A DNA stretch of 64,000 bases from Mobula birostris (taxonomy: Eukaryota): contig NC_092383.1 in NCBI RefSeq assembly GCF_030028105.1, positions 66,167,426-66,231,425 on the forward strand, given 5' to 3'. The position numbers and the translations under genes are program-made. The number at the start of each line of letters is the position of its first letter. The first letter of the stretch is position 1. Positions 47,001 through 59,000 of the stretch are shown here, one piece after another. The notes beneath the pieces were generated by a model. It was not told where the DNA came from. It did not search any database and saw only the letters and a program-made list of their open reading frames with translations.

Positions 47001-50000
47001 AGTGAAAGGGTACAAACATGAAATATTTTGTAATAGACCGAGGACAAATTAGAGGTCAATGAGGAAGCACAGAAAAAAAGAAAACTGTATGAGTAATGGT
47101 AAAACAGCTAACATTCCTGAGAAATGATTTTCTATTATACAGTGCCTTGCAAAAGTATTCAGCCCCCACAAGTATTTTCACATTTTACTGTCTCATTTTC
47201 TAAATTTAAAATATATTGAAGTAGGATTTTTGAGCTAATCTACAAAATATTGTGCATCATGTCAAATCAAAAGAAAAATTCCAAACGCTGTCAATAATTT
47301 ACAAAAAATTACAACTCACTCAATTTGTTGATGTAGAAAATTGGAGGATCACCTGGTTTGTATGAATTCCTAAGAATAAATACCCCCTCTTTCTGTAAGG
47401 TCCAACAGTATGGTTGACTTTCATTAGATCAAACCAAAATGAAGGCAAAAGAGAATTCAAGACAAGGTGAGGAGATGATAATAGAGAAGTACAAATCTGG
47501 GGAAGGGTACATGACCATCTCAAAGGCACTGAATATGCCCCAGAGCTCAGTGCAGTCCATTGTGGATAAAATGGAAAACAAATGAAACCAGAGACACCAC
47601 AGCCTAGGTCAGGCCATCCCTCTAAACTTAGTCATCAGAGAAGAATGGCACCTGTAAGAGGTAACTGTGACACTAACAGTCACTGAGTGAGCTGCAGAAA
47701 TCAATGGCTGCAACTGGAGATAAGTTCATGGCTTCACAATCTAAGGCCTTACACAAAAATAGTATTTGTGGAAGAGTGGCAAGGGAGAAGCCCTGGCTAA
47801 AAAAATAGCATTTCCTTGCCCGTAAAGATTTTGCAAAGCATCACTTTGAAGATACTCTAAAGATGTGGAAGAAGGTCTTGTGGTCAGATAAGACTAAAGT
47901 GAACTAAATGGCCTAAATTTGGGGTAAATCAAATACGGCACATCAGCCAGGTAACACCATTCCTCCTGTAAAGTATGGAGAGGTAGCATCATGTTATGGG
48001 GATGTTTCTCAGCAACAGGGACTGGAAATCAGGAATTGATGAAAAGATGAACACTGCCCAAATACATAGAGATCCTGGATAAAAACTGTACTCTTTTCTA
48101 TAGATGCTGCCTGGCCTGTTGAACTCCTCCACTATTTTGAGTGTGTTCCCTGGATAAAAACCTGCCAGCCTCTGCAAGAAAACTTAAACTGAGGAGGAAG
48201 TTTGTCTTTCAGCAGGACGAGGACCCAAAGCACACTGCCAGAGCAACAATGGAGTGCTTCAAATGAAGAAAATTGATGCCCTTGAGTGGCCCAGTCAGTC
48301 CTGACCTTAACCCAACTGAAGGCCTCGATACTGCTGTCTACTGCCACTCCCCAACTAACCTGGCAGAGCTTGAGCAATTTTGCAAGGAGGAAAGGGGAAA
48401 CCCTGTTCCCTCACATTGCGCAAAGCAAATAGAGACACTGTGGCGACCCATTTTCTGGCACACACGAACCGGCGCACAACAGTGTGCGCAGGCAGAGGGC
48501 CGGCCCCAAAAAGGGCGCCAGGCCATCTTCACCAGCAGGGGGAAAATCCCGCGCACGGAAAGGGTCTGGGAATATGCATTCCCCACAGCAATCCCGCCCC
48601 AGAGAGGGCGGGAACGGGAAGGCTTTAAAGCAGGCCGCGAAGTTTGAATAAATCTCTTTCATCGCAACTCTAACTCACCGACTCCGTGTGGTTATTCTAG
48701 CGCTGTGTGTAGCACACCGCTACAATTGGTGACCCCAACGGCCCAAACGATATTTCGACCAGAGATGACCGATGCCGCACCTGTTCACGCAGTTTCGTTA
48801 AAACTGCCAAGCTTCTGGACGCTGAGACCCCATTTATGGTTCTAACAAGCAGAAGCTCAATTCCACATTCGGCAGATAACCTCGGAGTCCACTCGCTACT
48901 ACTACGTGCTGAGCTCCCTCGACCAAGAGACTGCTGCACAAGTTGAGTTTATACAGTCGCCCCCGGAGGACGGCAAATACACAGCATTCAAAGCCCTGCT
49001 CATAAGGACTTTCGGACTCTCACGGCGCGAACGAGCACGCCGCTTAATGCACCTGGATGGTTTGGGAGACAGGCCGCCGTCAGCATTAATGAACGAGATG
49101 TTGGCCCTGGCTGAAGGACACAAACCCTGCCTCATGTTTGAGCAGGCGTTCCTAGAGCAACTGCCCGAGGACATATGCCTGCTGCTGTCCGACGCAGATT
49201 TCAGCAACCCCCGGGAGGTGGTGGCCCGAGCAGATGTGCTGTGGAATGCCAGGAAAGAGAGAGGGGCGCCCGTCGCACAGATCACCAAGCCGCGAGCCCA
49301 ACGAACAATGGTGTTTCTACCACCAGCGGTGGGGCACAGAGGCCCGCCGCTGCAGACCACCCTGCAAATTCCCGGGAAACGCCAGGGCCAGCCGCCGCTG
49401 ATGGCTACGGCGGCTGGCCATCAGGACAGCCTCCTGTACGTCTGGGACAAGCAGTCGGGACGCTGCTTTTTGGTCGACACCGGAGCGGAGATCAGCGTCT
49501 TACCTCCGACAGGGGCGCCCAGTTCACCTCCAGCCTGTGGTCGGCTATGGCCAACCTTTTAGGATCACAGCTACACCACACAACTGCCTACCACCCACAG
49601 TCGAACGGACTAGTGGAGCGCTTCCACCGTCACCTGAAATCGGCTCTCATGGCCCGCCTGGAGGGACCTAACTGGGTGGACGAGCTTCCCTGGGTCCTGC
49701 TCGGAATCCGCACGGCGCCCAAAGAGGATCTGCACACCTCGTCGGCCGAGTTGGTGTACGGCGCACCCCTGGTAGTCCCAGGAGAGTTCATACCAGCCCC
49801 AAAGGGGCAAGAGGAAGAACCCACAGCAGTCCTGGACAGACTACGGGACAGGCTCGGTAACCTGACCCCCATCCCCACTTCACAGCACGGACAGAGCCCG
49901 ACCTGCATAACTGTAAGTTTCTTTTTGTACGACGGGGCGGACACCAGGCACCGCTACAGCGACCCTACGAGGGGCCGTTTAAGGTGATCAGGAACAACGG

Positions 50001-53000
50001 GTCCACGTTCGTGCTGGACATTGGGGGGAGAGAGGAGGTTTTCACGGTGGACCGACTCAAAGCGGCCCATGTGGACTTTGCGCAGCCGGTCCAGGCTCAG
50101 GCACCACGGCGCAGGGGCAGACCTCCCAAACAGAGGCCGATCCAGACTGTGGACATTGGGGGAGGTATCGCCGGTTTTGGTGGGGGGGGGGGGTTATGTG
50201 GCGACCCACTTTCTGGCACACACGAACCGGCTCACAACAGCGCGCGCAGGCAGTGGGCCGGCCCCAAAAAGGGCGCCAGGCCATCTTCACCAGCAGGGGA
50301 AAAATCCCGCGCGCGGAAAGGGTCTGGGAATATGCATTCCCCACAGCAATCCCGCCCCAGGGAGGGCGGGAACGGGAAGGTTTTAAAGCAGGCCGCGAAG
50401 TTTGAATAAATCTCTTTCATCGCAACTCTATCTCACCGACTCCGTGTGGTTATTCTAGCGTTGTGTGTAGCACACCGCTACAACACATCCCTAAAGACTA
50501 CTGGCTGTAACAGCTGCGAGGGGTGATTCTACTAAGTACTGAGAAAAGGAGGATGAATACTTTTGAACTGCTGACATTTCAGGTTTTGAATTTTTAGTTT
50601 CTCATGCTCTGCAATTTCCTTGCTTTTCAGACTGTGAAAAAAGGGGCATGTGATTCACGAATAAAAATTCTCAGTTAAACCAGTATTACAACCAGGGATT
50701 TTGATAAGTTTGTGCGAACAAAGTGTTGGAGGCTGAATACTTTTACAAGGTACTGGAAATAGCAGTCAGTCAGGTACACTCTTAAAGAGAAAGCATAGTG
50801 GGCATGGATTTGAAAGCTGCATATTCATCTTGTGGCAGGAGGGTAGGTGTGCCATATTTTGGGTATTAAAAAACTTAAATCTTGAAAGGAAGCAACTTTC
50901 TTTCTGTTGATCCATCAGTTAAAAACAAATTATTCACATACCAATTTGCTATTTTTGTTAAATTGTTAGTGCAGGCAATTTCAGTGTTATCTGTGCATAT
51001 TAAACAATTACAAAAAAAAAACTTGAAAATCTGAAGCAAAGTTCATCAGCAGAGACTTGTGAATGAACCAAAGATTTTTGATAATACATCATAAAGCAGA
51101 TTTACCTTCCCCATACATATGGTCCAAACAACTTCTCACCAACTGTCAAGAACTCTTCAATTACACCATTAAATTCTTCCTTAGCAGCTTCAAGCAGACA
51201 CGGTTCAGTCCAGACACGGCTTCTATACCAGATACAGAATTCACATTATACCCGAGCAGTAAGAGAATGGGGGGGAAAAACCCTACTTCATGACAAACAT
51301 TCTTAAAAACCTATTTAGCCACCTTATAGAGGTAGAATGATAAGGCAACCAATGCCACTATTACTTCCCACATTCTGCACACTACAAGTTAAAGCCGTAC
51401 TTTGCTTTAATTACAATTCCTCTATTAGAAAAGTAGGTCAAAAACTGACGGCTACAGTGGAAGTGATTCAAATATTAACCAGATAGGAGGCCATTAGTGC
51501 CATAAAGCTCTTTTAGATTGCCTAATTAAGATAGACCCATGTCCTTTGTACCTTAAGTGAGTACAGTACAAATACTTTGAGGCTACATGATAAATTTTAC
51601 ACAATGTTTAAAGAGGTCAGTACTTCACCAATACAGAGTATGTTTATGTCCCTGCCTTTGAATGCATACAATATTCAATCCAGAATCTTAAATCTTTGAT
51701 GCCACAGGTGAACTGCCAGATGACTTAAAGACAGCACCTTTATTTAAGAAGGGGAGCAAGCACAAGTCTGGTAATTATGCCCTACTGTCAATGGAAGAAC
51801 AGCTATTGAAAAAGTTCAAAGGACAGGATTAGTCTACCCTTGGAAAGGCAGGGACTAATCAAAGACAGTCAGCTAGGTTTGTTGTTGCAGTGGGGGAAGA
51901 GATCTTGACCAAATGTAACAAATGTAATCATGAAGACAGCGTGGTCTACATGACCTTTGACAAGATCTCACCCTGGCAAACTGGTCCAAAAAGGTTAGAA
52001 CCCTCAAGTAAGTTTGAGACTCTTACTGTTTGGTTGATACATTAAAGATCTGGGTCTGAAAGTAGGAGATATAAAGGATAAAACCAACATTAATAGGGAG
52101 GAGAGTCAATTTACAGAATGACATTAAACAATTTGTAGGAAGGGCAGAGCAACTGCAAATGGAGTTTAATCCTGGTAAGTGTGTGACGCTGCTTTGAGAG
52201 GACCAACAAGGTCAGCACCTGCACAATGAATAATGTGGCTCTAGAGAGTAATGAAGAATAGAGGAAACTTTGTGTGCAAGTCACAGATCAGTGAAGGAGA
52301 GAACACAGATTGGAAACGAGTTGAAGAGGGCATGTGTGATACTTGCCTTCCTTAGGCAGGGCAGTAAATATAAAAGCAATGAAGTTAAGACACAGTTGGA
52401 GTACTCAGAAGTTCTGTTTGCCATGCTGCAGGATGGGCATGAATGCACTGGAGAGGGTGCAGAGGAGATTCTGCAGGATGCTGCCTGGGATGAAGGGGTT
52501 TCAGTAAAGAGGAGAAACTGGACAGGCTGGGCTTGTTTTCTTTGGAGCAGGGGAGGCCGAGCAAGAACTTGATAGATATACAGAATTATGAACGCCACAG
52601 ATAATAAACTCTCCCCTTGGCAGAGAAAAGCTTCCAAATGGAAGACTACACAGAAGACTGCTGAGACCATGACTTCCACTCTATCGAATAGAATTAATCT
52701 GTGAACTGGCAAAAACAGAACAGCCATGGTTGTTTTTAAAAATTCTAACTCATGAAGTAGTTTCAGGGAAAAGACTAACCTTGGTCCAACCTCTGCAGAC
52801 ATAATGTCACCAACTGCCAAAGCAACAAGATATGCAGGAATTGGGTGTTCCATTTTGAAGTGGAATACATTTTCCTTTTCATCGTGTTCCCAGTTAGTTG
52901 CACTCATAACAGCGGTAAAACCTTCAGGAACCTGAAACAAAATTCATGTGGTAATGGAACCCAGAATCTCCTAATGTACTGAATCACATTGAGTCAGAGT

Positions 53001-56000
53001 CATGGAACAGTACAACACAGAAAGTCCCTTTAGCCCATCTAGCCTGTGCCAAACTCTCCTGCCTATCCCATCAACCTGCACCTGGACCATAGTCCTACAT
53101 ACCCCTCACATCCATGTCCTTTCTAATCAAGTAGTCTTGGTATTTTAAGGGCAAAAGAAAACAATTCTGATTGAGATTAGAGACGAAATCGATGCACATC
53201 AGCTCTGGCAGCGTTTGTAGGTCATTACTTTCTACAATTTCACTCGCAGATGAGCTCAATGCTTTCTATGCACACTTTGAAAGGGAGAATAAAATTACAC
53301 CTGCGTGAATCCCTGCAGCATCTGGTCACCCTGTGATCTCCGCCTTGAAGACTGACATCTGAATATCTTTCCAGAGGGTGAACCCTTTCAAGGCAACAGG
53401 TACTGATGGTGTACCTGATAGAAAACCTGTGCCAACTGAATGGCGGGGGTTTTCAAGGACTTCTTCAATCGCTCACTGCTGCAGTCAGAGGTTCTCACCT
53501 ACTTCAAAGGGGTGAAAATCATATCAGTGCCAAATAAGACTAGGCTGAGCTGCCTCAATGACTATCACCCAGCAGCACTCACATCTACTGTGATGAAGTG
53601 CTTTGAGAGGTTGATCATGGCCAGAATCAACTCCTGCCTAACCAAGGACCTGGACCCACTACAATTTGCCTATCACCACAATAGGTCTGCAGTGGATGCA
53701 ATCTCACTGGTTCTCCATTCGGCCTCGGATCGCCTGGATATTTATATATGTCAGGCTGCGTATTGACTACAGCTCAGAGCTCAACACAATCTTACTCCCA
53801 GTTCCAATCAACAAGCTACAAAAATCTGGGCCTCTCTACCTCCTTCTACAATTGGATCCTTGCCTTCCTTACCACGAGACCACAGTCTGTGCTAATCAGA
53901 AATAATGTCTCCTCCTTGCTGACAATCAACACTGGTGCACCTCAAGGTTAAATGCTTAGCCCACTGCTCTACTCTCCATACCCACGATTATATAAGATGA
54001 CAAGATAAAGGAGCAGATTATGTGGCTTGGCACAGCTCAAACGGCAACTATAAAATTTGCCTATGACACAACTATTATTGGTAGAACAAGGAAGAAAACA
54101 GCTGGTTTAGTAGTGTTGCAACAACAATCTTGCAGTCAACGTAAGTCCAAGGAATTCATTTAAGCAGGGGACGTTGAGGGAACACACACACCAGTCCTCA
54201 TCAAGGGATAAGTGGAAACGGGGAGCATTTTCAAGTTCCTGGCTATCAAATTTTCTGAGGATTAGATTAGATTCAACTTTATTGTAATTGTGCCGAGTAC
54301 AGATACAAAGCCAATGAAATGCAGTTAGCATCTGACCAGAAATGTAAAGAATAGTGTTATTTACAAAATAACTGTGAATAAGTAGTAAGTGTTACAGCAC
54401 ACAAATATAACAGTACTGAGACAGTACAATATGGGTGCAATACTGCTTAGCGCTGTGATGTGAGGTTCAGCAGGGTCACAGCCTTAGGGAAGAAGCTCTT
54501 CCTGTGCCTGCTGGTGCGGGAGCAGAGGCTCCTGTAGCGCCTACCGGATGGGAGGAGAGTAAAAAGTCCATGGTCCTTGATAATGCTTTTCGCCCTGTCC
54601 CGGCAGCGTTTATGGTAGATGTTCTCAATGGTAGGCAATTGGGTGCTGATAATCCGCTGGACAGTTTTCACCACATGCTGGAGTGCTTTGTGGTCTGATA
54701 CGGGACAATTGCCATACCACACTGAGATGCAGTTGGTGAGTATGCTCTCAATGGTACAGCGGTAAAAGTCCGTCAGTATTCTGGGACAGAGGTGAACTTT
54801 CTTGATGCTCCGCAGGAAATAAAGGCGCTGTTGTGTCTTTTTGATCAGGATGGAGGAGTTCAGGGACTAGGTGAGATCCTCGGAAAAGTGGACACCAAGG
54901 AATTTGAAGCTTGATACACACTCCACTACAGCTCTGTTGATATAGTTGGGGACGTGAGTGTGGCTCCTAGCATGCCTGAAGTCCACAAAGATCTCCTTGG
55001 TCTTCTAGGTATTAAGGGCCAGGTTGTTGTCAGCACACTACGCAGCCAAGTGCTGGACCTGTAGGCCATCTCGTCATCCCCTCTAATCAGGCCAACCACA
55101 TGGTATCGACTGCGAATTTGATTATGGAGTTAGAACCATGTACAGGAATGCAGTCACAGGTGAAAAGAGAGTACAGAAGAGGGCTCAGCACACAGCCTTG
55201 AGGCACGCCGGTGTTCAGGGTGAGAGTGGAGGAGGAGAGGTTGTTTAACTCAACTGATTGGGGTCTGTTAGTCAGAAAGTCCAAGGTCCAATTGCAGAGG
55301 GATGAGCTGATACCAAGCTGGCGAAATTTGCCGATCAGCTTGGAGGGGCTCACAGTATTGAATGCCGAACTAAAGTCAATGAACAGCATTCTGACGTAAG
55401 AGTTGGGGCTGTCCAGGTGGGTCAGGGCAGAGTGAAGTGTCGTGGAGATGGCATCTTCTGCTGACCTGTTGGTGCGATAGGCAAATTGATGGGGGTCCAG
55501 GATAGTGGGCAGACAGGATTTCAGATGTGATAGAACCAGTCTCTCAAAGCACTTTGCAATGATGGGGGTGAGTGCAACTGGACAGAAGTCATTCAGGCCC
55601 GTGGCAGTGGAATGCTTTGGCACTGGCACGATGGTGGCGATCTTGAAGCTTGTGGGGACAACTGCCTGGGCCAGATTAAAAATGTCCGTGAAGACCCCGG
55701 CCAACTGCCCTGCACAGACTCTGAGCACACGGCTAGGTATTCCATCCGGACCAGCTGCCTTCCGTACATTCACTCTGCTCAGGGTGGTGCAAACATCGGA
55801 GGTGGAAAGTGAAAGAGGCAGTTCACCAGGTGGGAGATCTGCTTTGAGGGTGACCTCCTTGTTCTCTCGATCAAAGCAAGAGTAGAAGTAATTGAGCTCA
55901 TCAGGGAGGGAAGCAGAGCTGGAAGGGTGCACAGTACTAGGTGGTTTGAAGTCTGTAATGACCTGTATACCATGCCACTTGCGCCAGGGGTCCGAGGAGT

Positions 56001-59000
56001 TGAAATGCTCCTCGATTCTCTGTTGTATATGTGTTTAACCTGAGAGATTCCCCTCCTCAGGTTGGCCCTGGCTGATCTGTAAGCCTCCCGGTCTCTAGAC
56101 CTGAAGGCTGCATTTCTGGCTTTGAGCAGGAGGCAAACTTCTCTATTCATCCATGGTTTCTGATTGGGGAAAACTTTTATTTGTTTTTGTGATGTCTATA
56201 ATAGGCCCAACATAGTGATGTAATTACAAAGAATTCACGACAGTGGCTATATTTCATTAGGAGTTTGGAGGATTGTCAGATGTACCGTGGAGAGCATTCT
56301 AAGTGGTTGCATCACTGTCTGACATAGAATGACCACTGCACAGGATCGGAAAAGGCTGCAGAAAGTTGTAAACTCAGCCAGTGCCATCGTGGGCACTAGC
56401 CTCCCCAGGATCCAGGATACCATCAAAAGGCAATGCCTCAAGACAACAGCATCCATTATTGAGAAACTCCTTCTCATTGCTGGGAGATGGTACAGGTGCC
56501 TGAAGACACACACTCAACATTTCAGAAACAGCTTCTTCCCCTCCACCATCAGATTTCTGAATGGACAATGAACCCATGAACACTACCTCACTATTTTTCC
56601 CCTTGTCTTTTTGCACTACTTAATTTTCTTTTTTGTATAAACTTGTTGTAATTGATAGTTTTTATTATTATATATTGAAATGTACTTGCTGGACAACAGC
56701 AAATTTCATGAAATATGACAGTAATATTAAACCTGATTCTGATTCTTATCCAAGACCAACTACTTTTGCTTCTTTGAAAATTCGACCAGGTGAGTACTTA
56801 GGTAATTCATGAAATGCAACACAAAAGCAGGCCAGTTAGTATCTGTGGGGGGGAAGAGAGAGTTACCATTTCAGATTTAGTCTAAGGACTGCAGCTACAG
56901 GCCATTTTCAGCATTTTCTGCTTTATTACAAAGTTCCAGCACCTGCAGTATTTTGTTTTGTTTTAGATTCTAATCCATACACCATTCACCAAATCTTTAC
57001 TTTTTGAGGCAAACATCAGAAAATATCCTTTAATGTGCTTCAGGCCAATAGATTCATTAACATTGAAATTAGGAATAAAGAAAAATAGACATTGTAAATA
57101 ATCCATTTAAAAATATTCACCAATTGAAGTTAGAAGAAAAAAATTCTATTGTGTGGTAGAATATATTTTTCTTTTGATAAACATACACAGTTTCAGGAAA
57201 GGAAAAGAACCTTCAATTATTCTGTCAGGAGACTTTAGTAGCACCTAGTTTTAAGTGCTCATTATAAATCTAACATCAAGAATGTGTTAAAACAAAAAAA
57301 ATTCAGAACTTACCTTAATAGAGGCAGAATAAGTGCTTTTAACAGCTGGGGTATCAAAGCAAGGGAAGAAAGATCTGTTTAAGACAGCTTGACCTTGGGT
57401 GAAGAGATAAGGTTTTATTTTTCCTGCTGTCTGTTCAGGGTTCAGCCAAACAACCTATTAAAGAGAACAAAACGATGAGCTTTGCTGAATACCGTCTTCA
57501 TCAAAGCACAGTATCTGCTCTTAGCACCTATGTAAAGAGTAGCCAGAAGTACAGAGGAAAAATAGTTTGCACTGGATTGTCAAGGAATCTGTAGCAATAG
57601 ACAACTATAATTTATACATTAAAAATGAAATAACTTTACAAAATGGAAAAGGAATTGCAGACAGGAGGTTTGGTGGGGAGACGGGTTAACTGGGAAACAA
57701 GGATACAGTGGTATTTTATGCTTGATACCTATGAGCACACTACAGTGCTGAGTGATACACACAGGATCAAGCTTGATGTGGAACCAAGATGTACGCTCTG
57801 GTGGGTTATAAAAGATTAAGGTATAAAATAAAAACTTCCAGATTCCAGGTTTTAAGATTATTTTATACCAGTTCAATGACCTTAACACCACAAGGCCAAA
57901 TTGTGGTTGCCTGTCCTATCCAATGATGACAGGAAGCCTGTAAGGAGGAGTTTTTAACCACACATCTTCGAAAATAATACTTCAGCATCACATGCAAAGC
58001 ACCTGATAAAGAAACCAACACTGACATAATCCTAAAACCACAATTTCCTACAAAAATTTCTTTTACTTATATTGTGCCTTTTATGATCTCAAGAATATCC
58101 AAAATGCTTCACTACTGTACTACCAGAACTTCATGCACTAGGACACCCTTGAACAGTAATATTGCCAAATAATTTGATATAAAAAAAGAACGTAGTTGGA
58201 GGGAGTAGTACCAAGTATAGCTCCGCCACTCTTCAAATACCTCCTAAAGATCTTTCACAACCACCCAAGGGAATTCGACTCCTTGGTTTAACCTCATGAG
58301 TAAGATGATATTTTATTAATCGGTTTTTGTTTAAAAAAAGGATGTAAATATCTCAAGCATTTATTGTACATCCGAAATTCTCCTGAGGCCGTTTCAGAGG
58401 ACGATTAAGCATCGATTACAGTATACCGATTCAGGTCTGGATTCACATACAGAACAGACCAGGCAAATATGGTATTTGCGAATCAGATGGATTTTAGTTT
58501 TGTGGTCACCATACAAAGACTAACAGATCCTCGTTTTGCTAAAACTTTTAGGAGCACTGGCAAAAACACAACACAGATTCAGTCGAGCAAACAAGGGCAA
58601 ATTTCCACCTCAGCAACTATACTCCTGCCCTTTGATAGTTTGCCAGTTCTCTATAGGTACTCAAAGACATAAAATCCGGGAAATCCCCAGGTTGACAGAC
58701 TGGCTCTAGTGGCCAGAGTCTACTTTAGCTCGTTTATTGCCTTGCCTGAGAATATAAGATTCCCCTAATCCACTCATTAATGGTTTGTCATTGGGTGCCA
58801 ATTGCCGAGCTCCTATGAAACCTAGTTGTTGTTTTTCCACGCTTCCTGGAAAATGAAGGGATTCATTGAAAAATATTTCAATGCAACATATCAAGAATGT
58901 AATAACACCCAATCGTCCGGAAGATCAGACAGTTGGCCAACGTATCTCTGTTCTCTTTCAAGTCTATTAGGGCCACATAGGGAATTTTCCAAATGGGCAC

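Larger units (their letters stand above)
48439..50482 (+). mobile_element. Gypsy LTR retrotransposon, CsRn1-clade features, RT/RNaseH deleted (2044 bp)
   Basis: Two 286-bp LTRs, 4-bp TSD ACAC, tRNA-Trp-type PBS, G-rich PPT, gag (KLPSFW...QAEAQF, Cx2Hx9Cx3C), protease LVDTGA, integrase DRGAQF...[13 protein letters not shown]. Confidence 0.95.
47140..50755 (+). mobile_element. Tc1-family DNA transposon (degenerate) hosting two nested insertions
   Basis: TIRs ta|CAGTGCCTTGCAAAAGTATTCAGCC and GGCTGAATACTTTTACAAGGTACTG; transposase remnants [22 protein letters not shown]. Confidence 0.9.

Noticed and set aside
48906-50409. gag/integrase ORFs as a domesticated gene
   Set aside because: Premature TAA at ~48843, frameshifts, and paired LTRs with TSD indicate an ordinary defective provirus.
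52281-52940. 219-aa ORF as a standalone gene
   Set aside because: Only 52780-52931 is RNPEP exon 3; the rest is read-through into intron and antisense CR1.
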